Below are positions 9,301-18,981 of a stretch of DNA of 64,000 nucleotides, in pieces. Below the pieces are notes generated by a model. The model had not been told where the DNA came from. It ran no database searches and was given only the letters and a program-made list of their open reading frames with translations. Position 1 is the first letter of the stretch; each line of letters opens with the position of its first letter. The stretch is taken from NCBI GenBank assembly GCA_050302075.1, contig JBNLAH010000001.1, positions 320,342 to 384,341 on the forward strand, in the 5' to 3' direction. Source of the DNA: Parachlamydiales bacterium. GTDB lineage: Bacteria > Chlamydiota > Chlamydiia > Chlamydiales > SM23-39. The position numbers and the translations under genes were made by a program.

Positions 9301-11814
9301 ATGGGCGATATATCTTTTATATATTCTAAAGAAGCAGAGAAAAGTAGCGTAGAAACTATTTTAAAGTCACTTGAAACAACCAAAGATGGCCTAAAAAGCT
9401 CTGATGCTGACATAAGATTGAAAAAATTTGGATTTAATAGCATTGAAGAGAAGAAAAAGTCTCTTTTTCTTAAAATATTGGGTTATTTTTGGGGTCCAAT
9501 TCCATGGATGATAGAAGCTGCCGCAGTTTTATCTCTAATCATTGGAAATTATGTCGATTTTTATATTATTTTTTCTTTACTTTTAGTTAATGGCGCGGTT
9601 GATTTTTGGGAAGAGTTTCAAGCTGGCAATGCAATAAAAGCCTTAAAAAAAGAATTAGCCTTAACATGCATTGCGAAACGGGATGGTAAATGGTTAAAGC
9701 TAGAAACTAAAAAACTAGTACCTGGAGATATTATCAAATTGAGACTTGGTAATGTTATTCCATCTGATGCTAAATTATTTGAAGGTGATTATCTTTTAGT
9801 AGATCAATCAACGCTTACTGGAGAATCCCTACCCGTTACAAAAAATTCAGGAGAGATTGTTTATTCTGGATCTATTGCAAAACAAGGGGAAATGCTTGCT
9901 GTTGTAACAGCAACTGGTAAAAATACTTTTTTTGGAAAAACAACTAAACTGGTAGAAAATGCCCAACCAGTTTCTCATTTTCAAAAAGCAGTTTTAAAAA
10001 TCGGCGATTATCTCATTTATATGAGCATAATTTTGTCTTCAATACTAATAATCATACAGCTTTTTAAGCATACTCCATACTTAACCCTTTTTCAGTATGT
10101 TTTAATTCTTATAGTTGCTTCAATTCCCGTCGCCCTTCCAGCTGTACTTTCTGTTACTATGGCTTTAGGAGCTTTAAAATTATCTAAAATGAAAACTGTT
10201 GTAACTAAATTAGAATCAATTGAAGAAATCGCAGGCATAGATGTCCTTTGCTGTGATAAAACCGGTACTTTAACACAAAACAAATTAACACTTGGTAAAC
10301 CTTTAATTTTTTCAGATGTTGATGAGAAGACTTTAATTTTATATGGGTCTTTAGCATCGAAAGAAGAAAACCAAGATCCAATAGACCTAGCTATCATACA
10401 ATCATTAAGCAACAAAGATGAGCTAAAAAGATATCAACAAGAAGAATTTTTACCCTTTGATCCTGTGAAAAAAAGATCAGAAGCAAAAGTGAAAGATTCA
10501 GAAGGTAAATTTTTTTATGTCACTAAAGGTGCCCCTCAAATAATTTTAAACCTTTGCAATTTAGAACCCTCTTTGGAAGAAAAAATAAATAAAAGTATCG
10601 ATGATTTTGCTAAAAAAGGGCATCGCACACTGGGAGTTGCTTTATCGCAAGATAAAAAAACTTGGAAATTTTTAGGCATTTTGCCCCTGTTTGATCCTTT
10701 AAGAGAAGATTCAATACAAACAATTAATTTGGCTAAAGAACATGGTATCAAAATTAAAATGCTAACAGGGGATAATATTGCTATAGCTAAGGAAATTGCT
10801 CGTAAACTTAACTTAGGCGATAATTTATGTGTCGCAAATGAATTAATCTCAAAAGATGTCAATGCTGATTCAGAAGCATTTGTAAAAAAAATTGAAAGTA
10901 TGGATGGCTTTGCAGAAGTTTTTCCTGAACATAAATATGATATTGTTAAAGCTCTTCAAAAAGATAAGCATATTGTTGGTATGACAGGTGATGGTGTAAA
11001 TGACTCTCCTGCATTAAAACAGGCCGACGTAGGTATTGCAGTAAGTGGTGCAACTGATGCAGCCAGAGCTGCAGCTTCTATGGTTTCTTTAATCCCTGGT
11101 TTATCAGTTATTATCAAAGCCATTGAGGAGTCAAGAAGAATATTTGAAAGGATGAATAGTTATTCAATTTATCGCATTGCAGAAACTATTAGAATCATGT
11201 TTTTTATCACTCTTTCAATTATTGTTTTCAATTTCTATCCCATATCAGCCATTATGATTATCTTACTTGCTATATTAAATGATATTCCTATTCTTACAAT
11301 AGCGTATGATAACACTGCTGTTGATCCGCAGCCAGTTCGCTGGCAGATGAGACGTGTACTTACTATTTCAACTGTTTTAGGGGCAGTTGGCATACTTTTT
11401 ACTTTTGTTTTGTTGTATATTGCAAAAGAAATACTGAACCTAGATATAAATCAGCTTCAATCTTTTATTTTTCTTAAATTATCTGTAGCAGGACATCAAA
11501 CTCTTTTTATAGCAAGGACAAAAAAACCATTTTTCTTCAGACCATTTCCATCTTTAATTTTATTGATGGCAATTTTAACTACGCAGTTAATTGCGGCATT
11601 GTTAGTTGGAATTGGAATATTCATGACAGCAATTCCGTGGGTTTATATTGGGCTTATCTGGGGATATACAATTATCGAGATGTTTGTTACTGATTTTGTG
11701 AAAATACTATTCTATAAACATTTGAATTTTGAAAGTACACATCATCAAAAATTTCTCAAATTCATAAAAAAAACCCATAAAAATCATTCAGAAGAATTTT
11801 TTACTAATAAATAG
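9301..11814 (+). CDS. plasma-membrane-type proton-efflux P-type ATPase (type IIIA)
   Basis: TGES, IPVALP, DKTGTLT, KGAP, GDGVNDSPALK and the IIIA hallmark LNDIPILTIAYD. Confidence 0.92.
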   Translation: MGDISFIYSKEAEKSSVETILKSLETTKDGLKSSDADIRLKKFGFNSIEEKKKSLFLKILGYFWGPIPWMIEAAAVLSLIIGNYVDFYIIFSLLLVNGAVDFWEEFQAGNAIKALKKELALTCIAKRDGKWLKLETKKLVPGDIIKLRLGNVIPSDAKLFEGDYLLVDQSTLTGESLPVTKNSGEIVYSGSIAKQGEMLAVVTATGKNTFFGKTTKLVENAQPVSHFQKAVLKIGDYLIYMSIILSSILIIIQLFKHTPYLTLFQYVLILIVASIPVALPAVLSVTMALGALKLSKMKTVVTKLESIEEIAGIDVLCCDKTGTLTQNKLTLGKPLIFSDVDEKTLILYGSLASKEENQDPIDLAIIQSLSNKDELKRYQQEEFLPFDPVKKRSEAKVKDSEGKFFYVTKGAPQIILNLCNLEPSLEEKINKSIDDFAKKGHRTLGVALSQDKKTWKFLGILPLFDPLREDSIQTINLAKEHGIKIKMLTGDNIAIAKEIARKLNLGDNLCVANELISKDVNADSEAFVKKIESMDGFAEVFPEHKYDIVKALQKDKHIVGMTGDGVNDSPALKQADVGIAVSGATDAARAAASMVSLIPGLSVIIKAIEESRRIFERMNSYSIYRIAETIRIMFFITLSIIVFNFYPISAIMIILLAILNDIPILTIAYDNTAVDPQPVRWQMRRVLTISTVLGAVGILFTFVLLYIAKEILNLDINQLQSFIFLKLSVAGHQTLFIARTKKPFFFRPFPSLILLMAILTTQLIAALLVGIGIFMTAIPWVYIGLIWGYTIIEMFVTDFVKILFYKHLNFESTHHQKFLKFIKKTHKNHSEEFFTNK

Positions 11815-11889
11815 ATTGTGTGGGACGAAATAGATCTGTTTAAGATTTTTCAGAATTATATCTTTACTGAACCTTCTCAATAGTTTTCT

Positions 11890-12087
11890 TCATTTCTCAT
11901 CGCTAACAACTCCCATATGCCTTTCAATTGCTACTAATTTACCACCACAATCCCAACAAGTATAAGTTGGCATGTAAATCTCATCTTTGAATGTTCTAAG
12001 ACAATCCTTGCATACGTATCTTATGGGTAATTTTTCATATTGCTGTCTATATGAATCTGTAATTGTAAAACTTTTTCTTTTAGTCAT
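11890..12087 (-). CDS. small zinc-ribbon protein
   Basis: CKDC...CWDC; GAGGT RBS upstream. Confidence 0.6.
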   Translation of the reverse strand: MTKRKSFTITDSYRQQYEKLPIRYVCKDCLRTFKDEIYMPTYTCWDCGGKLVAIERHMGVVSDEK

Positions 12088-12150
12088 AGTTAACCTCTAA
12101 TTAAAAGGTGGTTAGTCTAATATTTTTTTAATTTTAATCCCAAAATATTT

Positions 12151-12552
12151 TTAAAAATTTTTTGCTAAGCAAGGTCCCGCCACTGAATCAGGTGTGATTA
12201 ACCATATTACTTTATGAATGAAAAGACTATGCCAACTATTATATTCAGTATAAAAATAAGCTCCCATATATCCTCTTCTCTTAATTTTTGCATTAGCTGC
12301 ACTCCATCCTAAATCATAAATATTCTTAATGGACTTAAATGAGGACATGGGCCAAGTTACAAAATAACTTCCAAAATTATTATCATTCATAAAATCAACA
12401 TGCTTGTAGTTATTTATGGACAATACAAGCAAAGAAAAAGCTACTGCTGAAATTGCTACAGTTTTTAATGTAGTTCTTAGCTTTTCTTTTGTTGGTTCTG
12501 AAGCTCTTGAATCCCATAAATTATTAGCTCTATTTCTAATAACTTTTAACAT
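12151..12552 (-). CDS. hypothetical membrane protein
   Basis: 133 aa, one hydrophobic segment, AGGAG RBS. Confidence 0.6.
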   Translation of the reverse strand: MLKVIRNRANNLWDSRASEPTKEKLRTTLKTVAISAVAFSLLVLSINNYKHVDFMNDNNFGSYFVTWPMSSFKSIKNIYDLGWSAANAKIKRRGYMGAYFYTEYNSWHSLFIHKVIWLITPDSVAGPCLAKNF

Positions 12553-12877
12553 TATTTAGCTCCTAGTTATTACTTTTTAAGACATGTCTGGTTAATAACT
12601 GTCATTTACCTAGAAATTAGTGAATTTTTTTATAATTACTCATCATTAGAAATTTATTTCCCAAGCACTGTTTATAATTTATCTATTAAATGCAATAAGT
12701 ATTTTTTAGATGAATACTATTTAGTTAACTACTGCCTACTAAAGTAATGAGCTTCAAAGTCAAACCATGAAAGCACGCCTAATTTTACACTTTTTTTTAC
12801 TAAATTTCTTTATTTTGACTTGATTAATAAAAATTTGTTCATGATTATGTTTTTTTTTATTTTTACGGAGGCATATT

Positions 12878-13567
12878 ATGGCTGCAGCTTTAAGTTATTC
12901 TAATGTTCATACCTATCAAGGATTATCAGAAATTAATTTTTCTAAAGATGACAATAATAGACTTTCAGTTACTATTGATACTCTTCGTTTGCACATCAGA
13001 ACTGTAGAGGCAACGGAATCAGAATATGAGAACTATGCAGCTCTTTTCGGAGATGAAGTTGTCATGTCAAAATTTGGTAGTGGAAATACAAGAACTAAAG
13101 AAAACTTGATAGGACGTATACAAGGTTGGGTTGCCCGTTGGCAAACTCTAGACCCTTATGCAGGTCTATCTGTTTTTGATAAAGATACTAAAGAATTTTT
13201 AGGTCACATAGTTTTAGGACATAGTGTAGCTCCAGGAGAGTCTGAGTTAGCTTATATTTTTCATCAGGAATATTGGGGAAAAGGATATGGAAAGGAAGCT
13301 GTCAGAGCAATTGTTGAAGAATATGCTCCAGCAACTGTACAGGAAGGTTATACTTTAGACGGAAAGCCTCTTCAAAAAATAGTGGCAACTACTAGAACTG
13401 ATAATATTGCTTCAGTTTCAATTTTAGAAAGATTGGGAATGCATTTAGATAAGGAAGAAGAAAAATTCGGTGCAAAAAGGCATCATTATTCAATAGAATT
13501 GAATGAAATTCAGAAAAAAAGTAGTGAAAAAACTAAGTCCCTTGTTTCAAATATTTTAGAAGGGTAA
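12878..13567 (+). CDS. GNAT N-acetyltransferase (RimJ/RimL-like)
   Basis: ELAY...YWGKGYGKEA and NIASVSILERLGM; GGAGG RBS. Confidence 0.88.
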   Translation: MAAALSYSNVHTYQGLSEINFSKDDNNRLSVTIDTLRLHIRTVEATESEYENYAALFGDEVVMSKFGSGNTRTKENLIGRIQGWVARWQTLDPYAGLSVFDKDTKEFLGHIVLGHSVAPGESELAYIFHQEYWGKGYGKEAVRAIVEEYAPATVQEGYTLDGKPLQKIVATTRTDNIASVSILERLGMHLDKEEEKFGAKRHHYSIELNEIQKKSSEKTKSLVSNILEG

Positions 13568-13735
13568 TTATAATTTATATTTTACTATAAGTATTTTTTT
13601 GTGAGCATGATAAGACAACACAAAATAAGAGGTAACTTTCACTTATTTTTAGCAGATCAGATGTCTTTAGGGTAGTTCAAAATCGATGTTTGTTTTGCAA
13701 AAGTAAAAAACAACTTTCTTACAAAGGAGATAAAA

Positions 13736-14035
13736 ATGACTTCAGCTCTAAGTAATAGATGTTATCCAAACGAGCACACTTTAATTAATGGTATTAAGAA
13801 CTCTGATTCCTATATAACTGTGAGTAAGCACTACGAAGGGTTAGCAAAACAGGCTCTTAATGTGCTGGCTTGTTATTTTTCAGAAAAAATGATTGATACT
13901 GATAGCATAAGGCAAGAAGTAGACTCTAATCTAGAAAGTAATTTAAAAGCTGATAACTATCTGGAGAAGACAATTGTTGCAGAAGTCATGATCCGTATTT
14001 TGAATCAGATTGCTTCAGATATTTTAAATAAATAA
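13736..14035 (+). CDS. hypothetical protein
   Basis: 99 aa, AGGAG RBS, followed by an imperfect hairpin near 14053-14098. Confidence 0.55.
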   Translation: MTSALSNRCYPNEHTLINGIKNSDSYITVSKHYEGLAKQALNVLACYFSEKMIDTDSIRQEVDSNLESNLKADNYLEKTIVAEVMIRILNQIASDILNK

Positions 14036-14322
14036 AGAGATCTTCAATATATTAAAATATGCGTTCTTTTGTATTTTTAAAAAAACGCGTATTTTTTATT
14101 ACATTCGAAGCTTTTTCATAAATAGTGATTTTTAATTTAGCAATGAAGTGAAGTTAGAAATCTAGACTAACTCTAGAAATTCCATAGATCTACAAATTCA
14201 CTCAAATATTAAGGATGCAATAAGTCTCTTGATGTAGCATATTTGCACCTTAGAAAGGCATTGAAAAATAACTTAGTGATCTAACATAGTACCCCCTTCT
14301 TTTAATTCAATGAGGTATTTTC

Positions 14323-15063
14323 ATGAAATGGGTTCTATGTCTGCTATTTGTATCAAAAGGATTTAGTTTCTCTTCCCATTTAGAAACTTCTAGTCAGTTA
14401 ATAGTGGTGATTACAGAGGACTGGACCAATATTCAAGGTATTATGAGATGCTTTGAAAAAACTGAGGAAGGAAAATGGCAACAAATCGGAAATGATATTC
14501 CCACCGTTGTTGGAAAAAATGGAATGGGCTGGGGACTGGGATTACATGAACCAATAGATGAAGAGCCCTTGAAAAGAGAAGGTGATGGTAAATCACCGGC
14601 CGGTATTTTTACTTTAGGAACTGCTTTTGGACATACTGCCATTGAACACATGATGCAGATTAAGATGCCTTACCTGGAGATCAATCCTTGGACTGAAGCA
14701 ATAGGCGATCCAAAATCTCAATTTTATAATCAGATTCTCGATACTAGGAATATTATTGAACCAGATTGGAATCCACAAAAAAATGAGCAAATGGGATCTA
14801 TTGCGCTTTACTTAAGGGGCATTGTTATCAATCATAATGAAAGTCCTGCCTTCAAAGGTCGAGGCTCCCATATTTTTTTACATATTTGGAGATTATCTAA
14901 TTATGGAACTGCAGGATGTACAGCAGTATCACCAGAAAATATGGATAAGCTATTTTATTGGTTAGATCCTCAAAAAAAACCTTTGATAATACAATTTCCA
15001 AAAGTTGTCCAATCTCTGGTTATGAAGCAATGGAAAATAGAAGACATTAACTTTAATTATTAA
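14323..15063 (+). CDS. L,D-transpeptidase (YkuD-like) family protein
   Basis: KREGDGKSPAG and IFLHIW...GTAGC (catalytic His/Cys); short signal-like N-terminus. Confidence 0.85.
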   Translation: MKWVLCLLFVSKGFSFSSHLETSSQLIVVITEDWTNIQGIMRCFEKTEEGKWQQIGNDIPTVVGKNGMGWGLGLHEPIDEEPLKREGDGKSPAGIFTLGTAFGHTAIEHMMQIKMPYLEINPWTEAIGDPKSQFYNQILDTRNIIEPDWNPQKNEQMGSIALYLRGIVINHNESPAFKGRGSHIFLHIWRLSNYGTAGCTAVSPENMDKLFYWLDPQKKPLIIQFPKVVQSLVMKQWKIEDINFNY

Positions 15064-15295
15064 AATAATATTTTTTTAAATAATTATTACGTCAATATCT
15101 GATTATTTAACAATAAATAATAATTAAAATTAAAAGATAAGGAAAAAATAAGTATAAATCCCTGTACCAATATGGAATTACATATAACTAATCTTTAAGA
15201 ATTGCATATTAAAAGTACTATAATTTACAGTTCCAGCTATAGCTTGAGTTTTATGCCAAGGTTTTTAACGTGACGTTATGCAGCAGCAGTATTGA

Positions 15296-16435
15296 CTATA
15301 CGGTATTAAAAAAAATAGTTGTGGTAGCGACAGCTGCCCAACAAGATTTCACTGCTATTACCTTGGCTTTTTTCTTCCAATGTTGCTGCCGTAAGTTTTC
15401 TTTATTGGATATTGAGACATCTTTTTTAATAGGTTCTGCCTTAATATAATCGTATGTTGCACGAGCTACCAGAAAAGCAGTTCCTAATAATGCAGCACCA
15501 AATAGAACTTTCTCCCGATTGTTTGACATTCGGCTAAACATTCTGGAATCTATTCCCTGTGTTAAGCTGCCGGTAATCCCTAAATGCTTAGGTGATATAG
15601 CTTGTTTAGTGCGGTAAGCAAAACCGTAATAAAATGGGTCGTTGTCAAAACGACATAAATAGCTACAGTTAAGAACCTCTTCCGGTTTAAATCGAAATTT
15701 TAGTGTGGGGGTTAAAAAACCAAAAATGCTACCCACTATAGCTCTTACTTTTCTACTTCGTCCATCTGCTTTTGAATAGCCAAAATTACCCATTCCTGAT
15801 AATACAGCGTGATATTTCGCTAATAAGGTAAGTTTGGGACTATAGATGAGATGTTTTTTAAAACCTGAGCCAGGAATTTCCGAATCCTTAAAGACGTGAA
15901 AATAGTTTTTTGCTTTACTTGCCATATCTTTAAATCTAGCTGCAAGAGTTGAGCCTGTATCTCCGCCTCCAAAGCTGGGGTCAGCTCCATTGAAAGCAAT
16001 TCCTATATAACCCAAAGGTCCTGTTCCATGTATTAAGGTTTCAAGTCCCAAAAAGCGTGCTAGTCCTAAATCAATTAGGTTGTAGGTAGTCCACACTCCT
16101 AACGTAATCCAAAAAACTCTTTTTAATTTTTCCAAAGGCCTTTTAGAGGTATCATTTGGCGCAGAAAATTGAGTTATCGATCTACATGTCTGATTAAAGT
16201 TTTCTAGTGATTGATAAGCTGTTTGACTCCAGTTGCTATATCTACTAGAGCTAACAAAATAACCTATAGTATATAAGGCTACAAATCGTATAAATGTCTC
16301 TAGTGCCTCTGCAGTTGCAAGCGCTATTTTTAACGCTATATTACTGGGAGCTTTGATTGCCACAAATGCATAATTATCTGTCTGTTTTATCTCTGTATAC
16401 TTAATGCTCGATTGAAGTAATGATACTGGTCTCAT
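15296..16435 (-). CDS. hypothetical membrane-associated protein
   Basis: 379-aa ORF with several hydrophobic segments and AGGT RBS. Confidence 0.7.
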   Translation of the reverse strand: MRPVSLLQSSIKYTEIKQTDNYAFVAIKAPSNIALKIALATAEALETFIRFVALYTIGYFVSSSRYSNWSQTAYQSLENFNQTCRSITQFSAPNDTSKRPLEKLKRVFWITLGVWTTYNLIDLGLARFLGLETLIHGTGPLGYIGIAFNGADPSFGGGDTGSTLAARFKDMASKAKNYFHVFKDSEIPGSGFKKHLIYSPKLTLLAKYHAVLSGMGNFGYSKADGRSRKVRAIVGSIFGFLTPTLKFRFKPEEVLNCSYLCRFDNDPFYYGFAYRTKQAISPKHLGITGSLTQGIDSRMFSRMSNNREKVLFGAALLGTAFLVARATYDYIKAEPIKKDVSISNKENLRQQHWKKKAKVIAVKSCWAAVATTTIFFNTV

Positions 16436-16911
16436 AAAATATTACCTATTTAAACTCTTCTATCAATTGCAGTATTAACATAAAATTCATGAATACTAAG
16501 AAGATTATTAACAAAAACTATGTAATAGTATTTCTTTAATTATAATATTTTGTTAAAATTAATAATAATTATTATAAACAACTTTAGGTTTTTTTGAAGT
16601 AAATTAAAAAACCATAAAATAGCTTTTCTTGGGTTTATTAGGCTACAAAGTCCTGAAATGCCTCTATTATTGTAGCACAAGGTATAAAAAATATAATTCA
16701 ATAATTTACTAAATGAAGTAAGATAGATTTAAAAGTAATTTAGTTTTAATCACTTACTTAACTTGTTTATTTTAAATAAATTAAACAACAACTTAATATA
16801 AATAGTTTAAGAAGTTGTAAATTAATTACTTACTAAAGTAAATTTTTTTTATGTTTATATATTAATTATTTTATGCTATAATTATTTTTAATTAAATAAA
16901 AAGAGATAATT

Positions 16912-18060
16912 ATGTCAATAATGGGAATTAGAGGTAATAATGATACTAATTATTATCTGGATGCATTTGAAGAAAGGTTCAAAAGTGCTCATAAAGCAAA
17001 AGAACTAGCTAAAAAAGAATTTAAAAAATTTTCTATACACGAATTTGAAAAATTTCTTCGAATGCAAGAAAAGCATTTACATATAAAATTAGGACAGGAG
17101 TTTGGTTATCCTAATAAAAGCATGAGAGCGCGTTTAGAAGATCTTTCTAAGAGAATAGATAAGATAATAAAAATATCTTCAAATTCGCAGAGAGAAGATG
17201 TTTCTAAACAAATAAAGGAACTGAACACAAGAGCTTTAGATGTGGAAAGGGCGGAAAAAACATTTATAGAAAAAGAAAGCGAATGTGAGGCTCTTGAAGC
17301 TGCAATTAATGAAGAGAATTTTAAAGATGTAAGTGTAGATATTTATGAAATAATCGAAGAAGAACTTGATCCTAATGAAGTAAATTATCGTGAAATAAAT
17401 AGTATTCATTGTTCATTTCTAGAAAAATTTAATTCACTAGAGTTAAAAATTAAAAAATTAGAATTTATAAACGCCCCTCGAAATTTAATTGATGAATTAG
17501 TTAAAGAACAAGAAGAGTTAGAAAAGAAATTAGTATACGATATAGTAAATATCGAATCTAATAAAATCGCTAAACAACATAATGAATCAGTATTAATGGG
17601 AGAAAATCTCCAATCTAAGATTCGGACTGATTTTCATAAAGAAAAATGTAATATAATTAAACAAGTCAAAGCTGAGTTTCAAAATGCAGAAGAAAATGAG
17701 ATAAAAAGAGAAGTAGTTAAAAGACTGCGCGAGCAGTGGATAGAACCTAAATTTAAAGAAGCTAAAGAAAATTATGAATTTTGGATTGCGAAACGAGGAA
17801 AACTATTTAAAAAACTGTTAGATCTTAAGCTCACTAATGATTTTGACCCTAAGGATGAAAAATATTTAGAATTAGAGTTAAATATGCAACGGCTTAATGA
17901 AATATTGAGACCACTAAGAGAAGTTTATGTAACAATGGAGGATCTACAAGAAACATTAGCCGAAGATTTTGAATTAAGCGAGTTTGATACCGGTCTATCT
18001 AAACAAATTATGAACTTCCTAATGAGAATAGTAGAGCTTATAAAAAGTTTGTTTAATTAA
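16912..18060 (+). CDS. hypothetical coiled-coil protein
   Basis: 382 aa, very E/K-rich, followed by a terminator. Confidence 0.7.
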   Translation: MSIMGIRGNNDTNYYLDAFEERFKSAHKAKELAKKEFKKFSIHEFEKFLRMQEKHLHIKLGQEFGYPNKSMRARLEDLSKRIDKIIKISSNSQREDVSKQIKELNTRALDVERAEKTFIEKESECEALEAAINEENFKDVSVDIYEIIEEELDPNEVNYREINSIHCSFLEKFNSLELKIKKLEFINAPRNLIDELVKEQEELEKKLVYDIVNIESNKIAKQHNESVLMGENLQSKIRTDFHKEKCNIIKQVKAEFQNAEENEIKREVVKRLREQWIEPKFKEAKENYEFWIAKRGKLFKKLLDLKLTNDFDPKDEKYLELELNMQRLNEILRPLREVYVTMEDLQETLAEDFELSEFDTGLSKQIMNFLMRIVELIKSLFN

Positions 18061-18083
18061 GACTATTACTTTTTAAAATTTCC

Positions 18084-18123
18084 AAAAAATCGAGATCTAG
18101 CGAATAGATCTCGATTTTTTTTT
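18084..18123 (+). terminator. intrinsic terminator
   Basis: AAAAAATCGAGATCTA-GCGAA-TAGATCTCGATTTTTTTTT. Confidence 0.85.
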
Positions 18124-18169
18124 GTATTTTGCTAAAGGGAGTGAAGAGAATGTTTTAAATGATTCAATT

Positions 18170-18452
18170 AGATATGGCCTTGGCTTTTTTACCGTGTGAT
18201 ATGAACTAACTTGGTGCATCTGTGATAAAAAAAGTCCAATGAGCTGTAGGTATAAAAGTAGAGTCAACCATCCAACGCCAATCAGATTCTCTGCAAAGCC
18301 GTAGTTGATTAGGAAAACCCCTAGAATTACAATCTGCTATAAGCACTCGCTAGAAGGTAAGTTCCGATAATAAATAAAAATAAAGTTATAAAAAGAGTTG
18401 CCTTGTGCCCGAAGTTGTCGGCTATAGCCTCTCCAAATAGCGCTCCAAGCAA
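18170..18452 (-). pseudogene. sugar-porter (MFS) gene fragments
   Basis: Shifted frames read LLGALFGEAIADNFGHK, INYGFAE, ESDWRWM, QLIGLFFITDAPS*FISHGKKAKA. Confidence 0.65.
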
Positions 18453-18670
18453 CGCGACTATTTGTTCATCTGGAAAAAATTCAGCAAATTGAATCATACA
18501 ACGTAAACTTTTTTCTAAAAAGCCCTTCCTGTATTCCTTGGTCAATTGTCGCGACACTGTGGCGACAATCTTTTGTCCATACTCAGCTCGTTCATCTTGA
18601 AGGATTTCAGTCCTAATTCGAGTTCCTACATTCCAATAGAGAAGTGTTTAAGTAGAATTTACAGTAGTAT
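18453..18670 (-). pseudogene. YhcG/DUF1016 N-terminal fragment
   Basis: Reads TVNST*TLLYWNVGTRIRTEILQDERAEYGQKIVATVSRQLTKEY...MIQFAEFFPDEQIVA with an in-frame stop; fused to the MFS fragment. Confidence 0.75.
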
Positions 18671-18737
18671 TAAATTAAAACTTAAATTTGATGCTGAATC
18701 AAGTTTAATGTTACTTATCTTTCACGGTAAATGAGGT

Positions 18738-18790
18738 TTAAAGATATGGGGCAACCAGGACTTGAACCCGGGACCAACGGATTATGAGTC
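18738..18790. repeat. att direct repeat copy 3 (tRNA 3' half duplication)
   Basis: Matches 31750-31802 with 1 mismatch over 53 bp. Confidence 0.95.
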
Positions 18791-18981
18791 TCATTCATTA
18801 GAAAACTCTGAATAAAAGAGAGTTAACCAGAATAAGCTTTTCCTCTCAAGATTTTTAGAAACCAGTTCAGGATGATTCTCAAATAGCCTCTTTTTTTCAG
18901 GTCATTTGCGGAAAATTTGCGTAAATTTAATTTGACATACAAGGCTTAAGGTGAAAAAATCTCTTGGTTTTAGCGGGGCCA

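Noticed and set aside
15245-15295. Locally GC-richer stretch resembling an IS end (TTAACGTGACGTTATG)
   Set aside because: No partner inverted repeat or transposase fragment found nearby.
16436-16911. Long, very AT-rich intergenic region as a possible ncRNA or origin
   Set aside because: No stable stem, repeat series or DnaA-box cluster seen; consistent with divergent promoters.
18785-18793. TGAGTCTCA palindrome at the edge of att copy 3, the same 9-mer as at 24816
   Set aside because: Six of the nine bases are dictated by the tRNA sequence and the other att copies lack it; likely chance.
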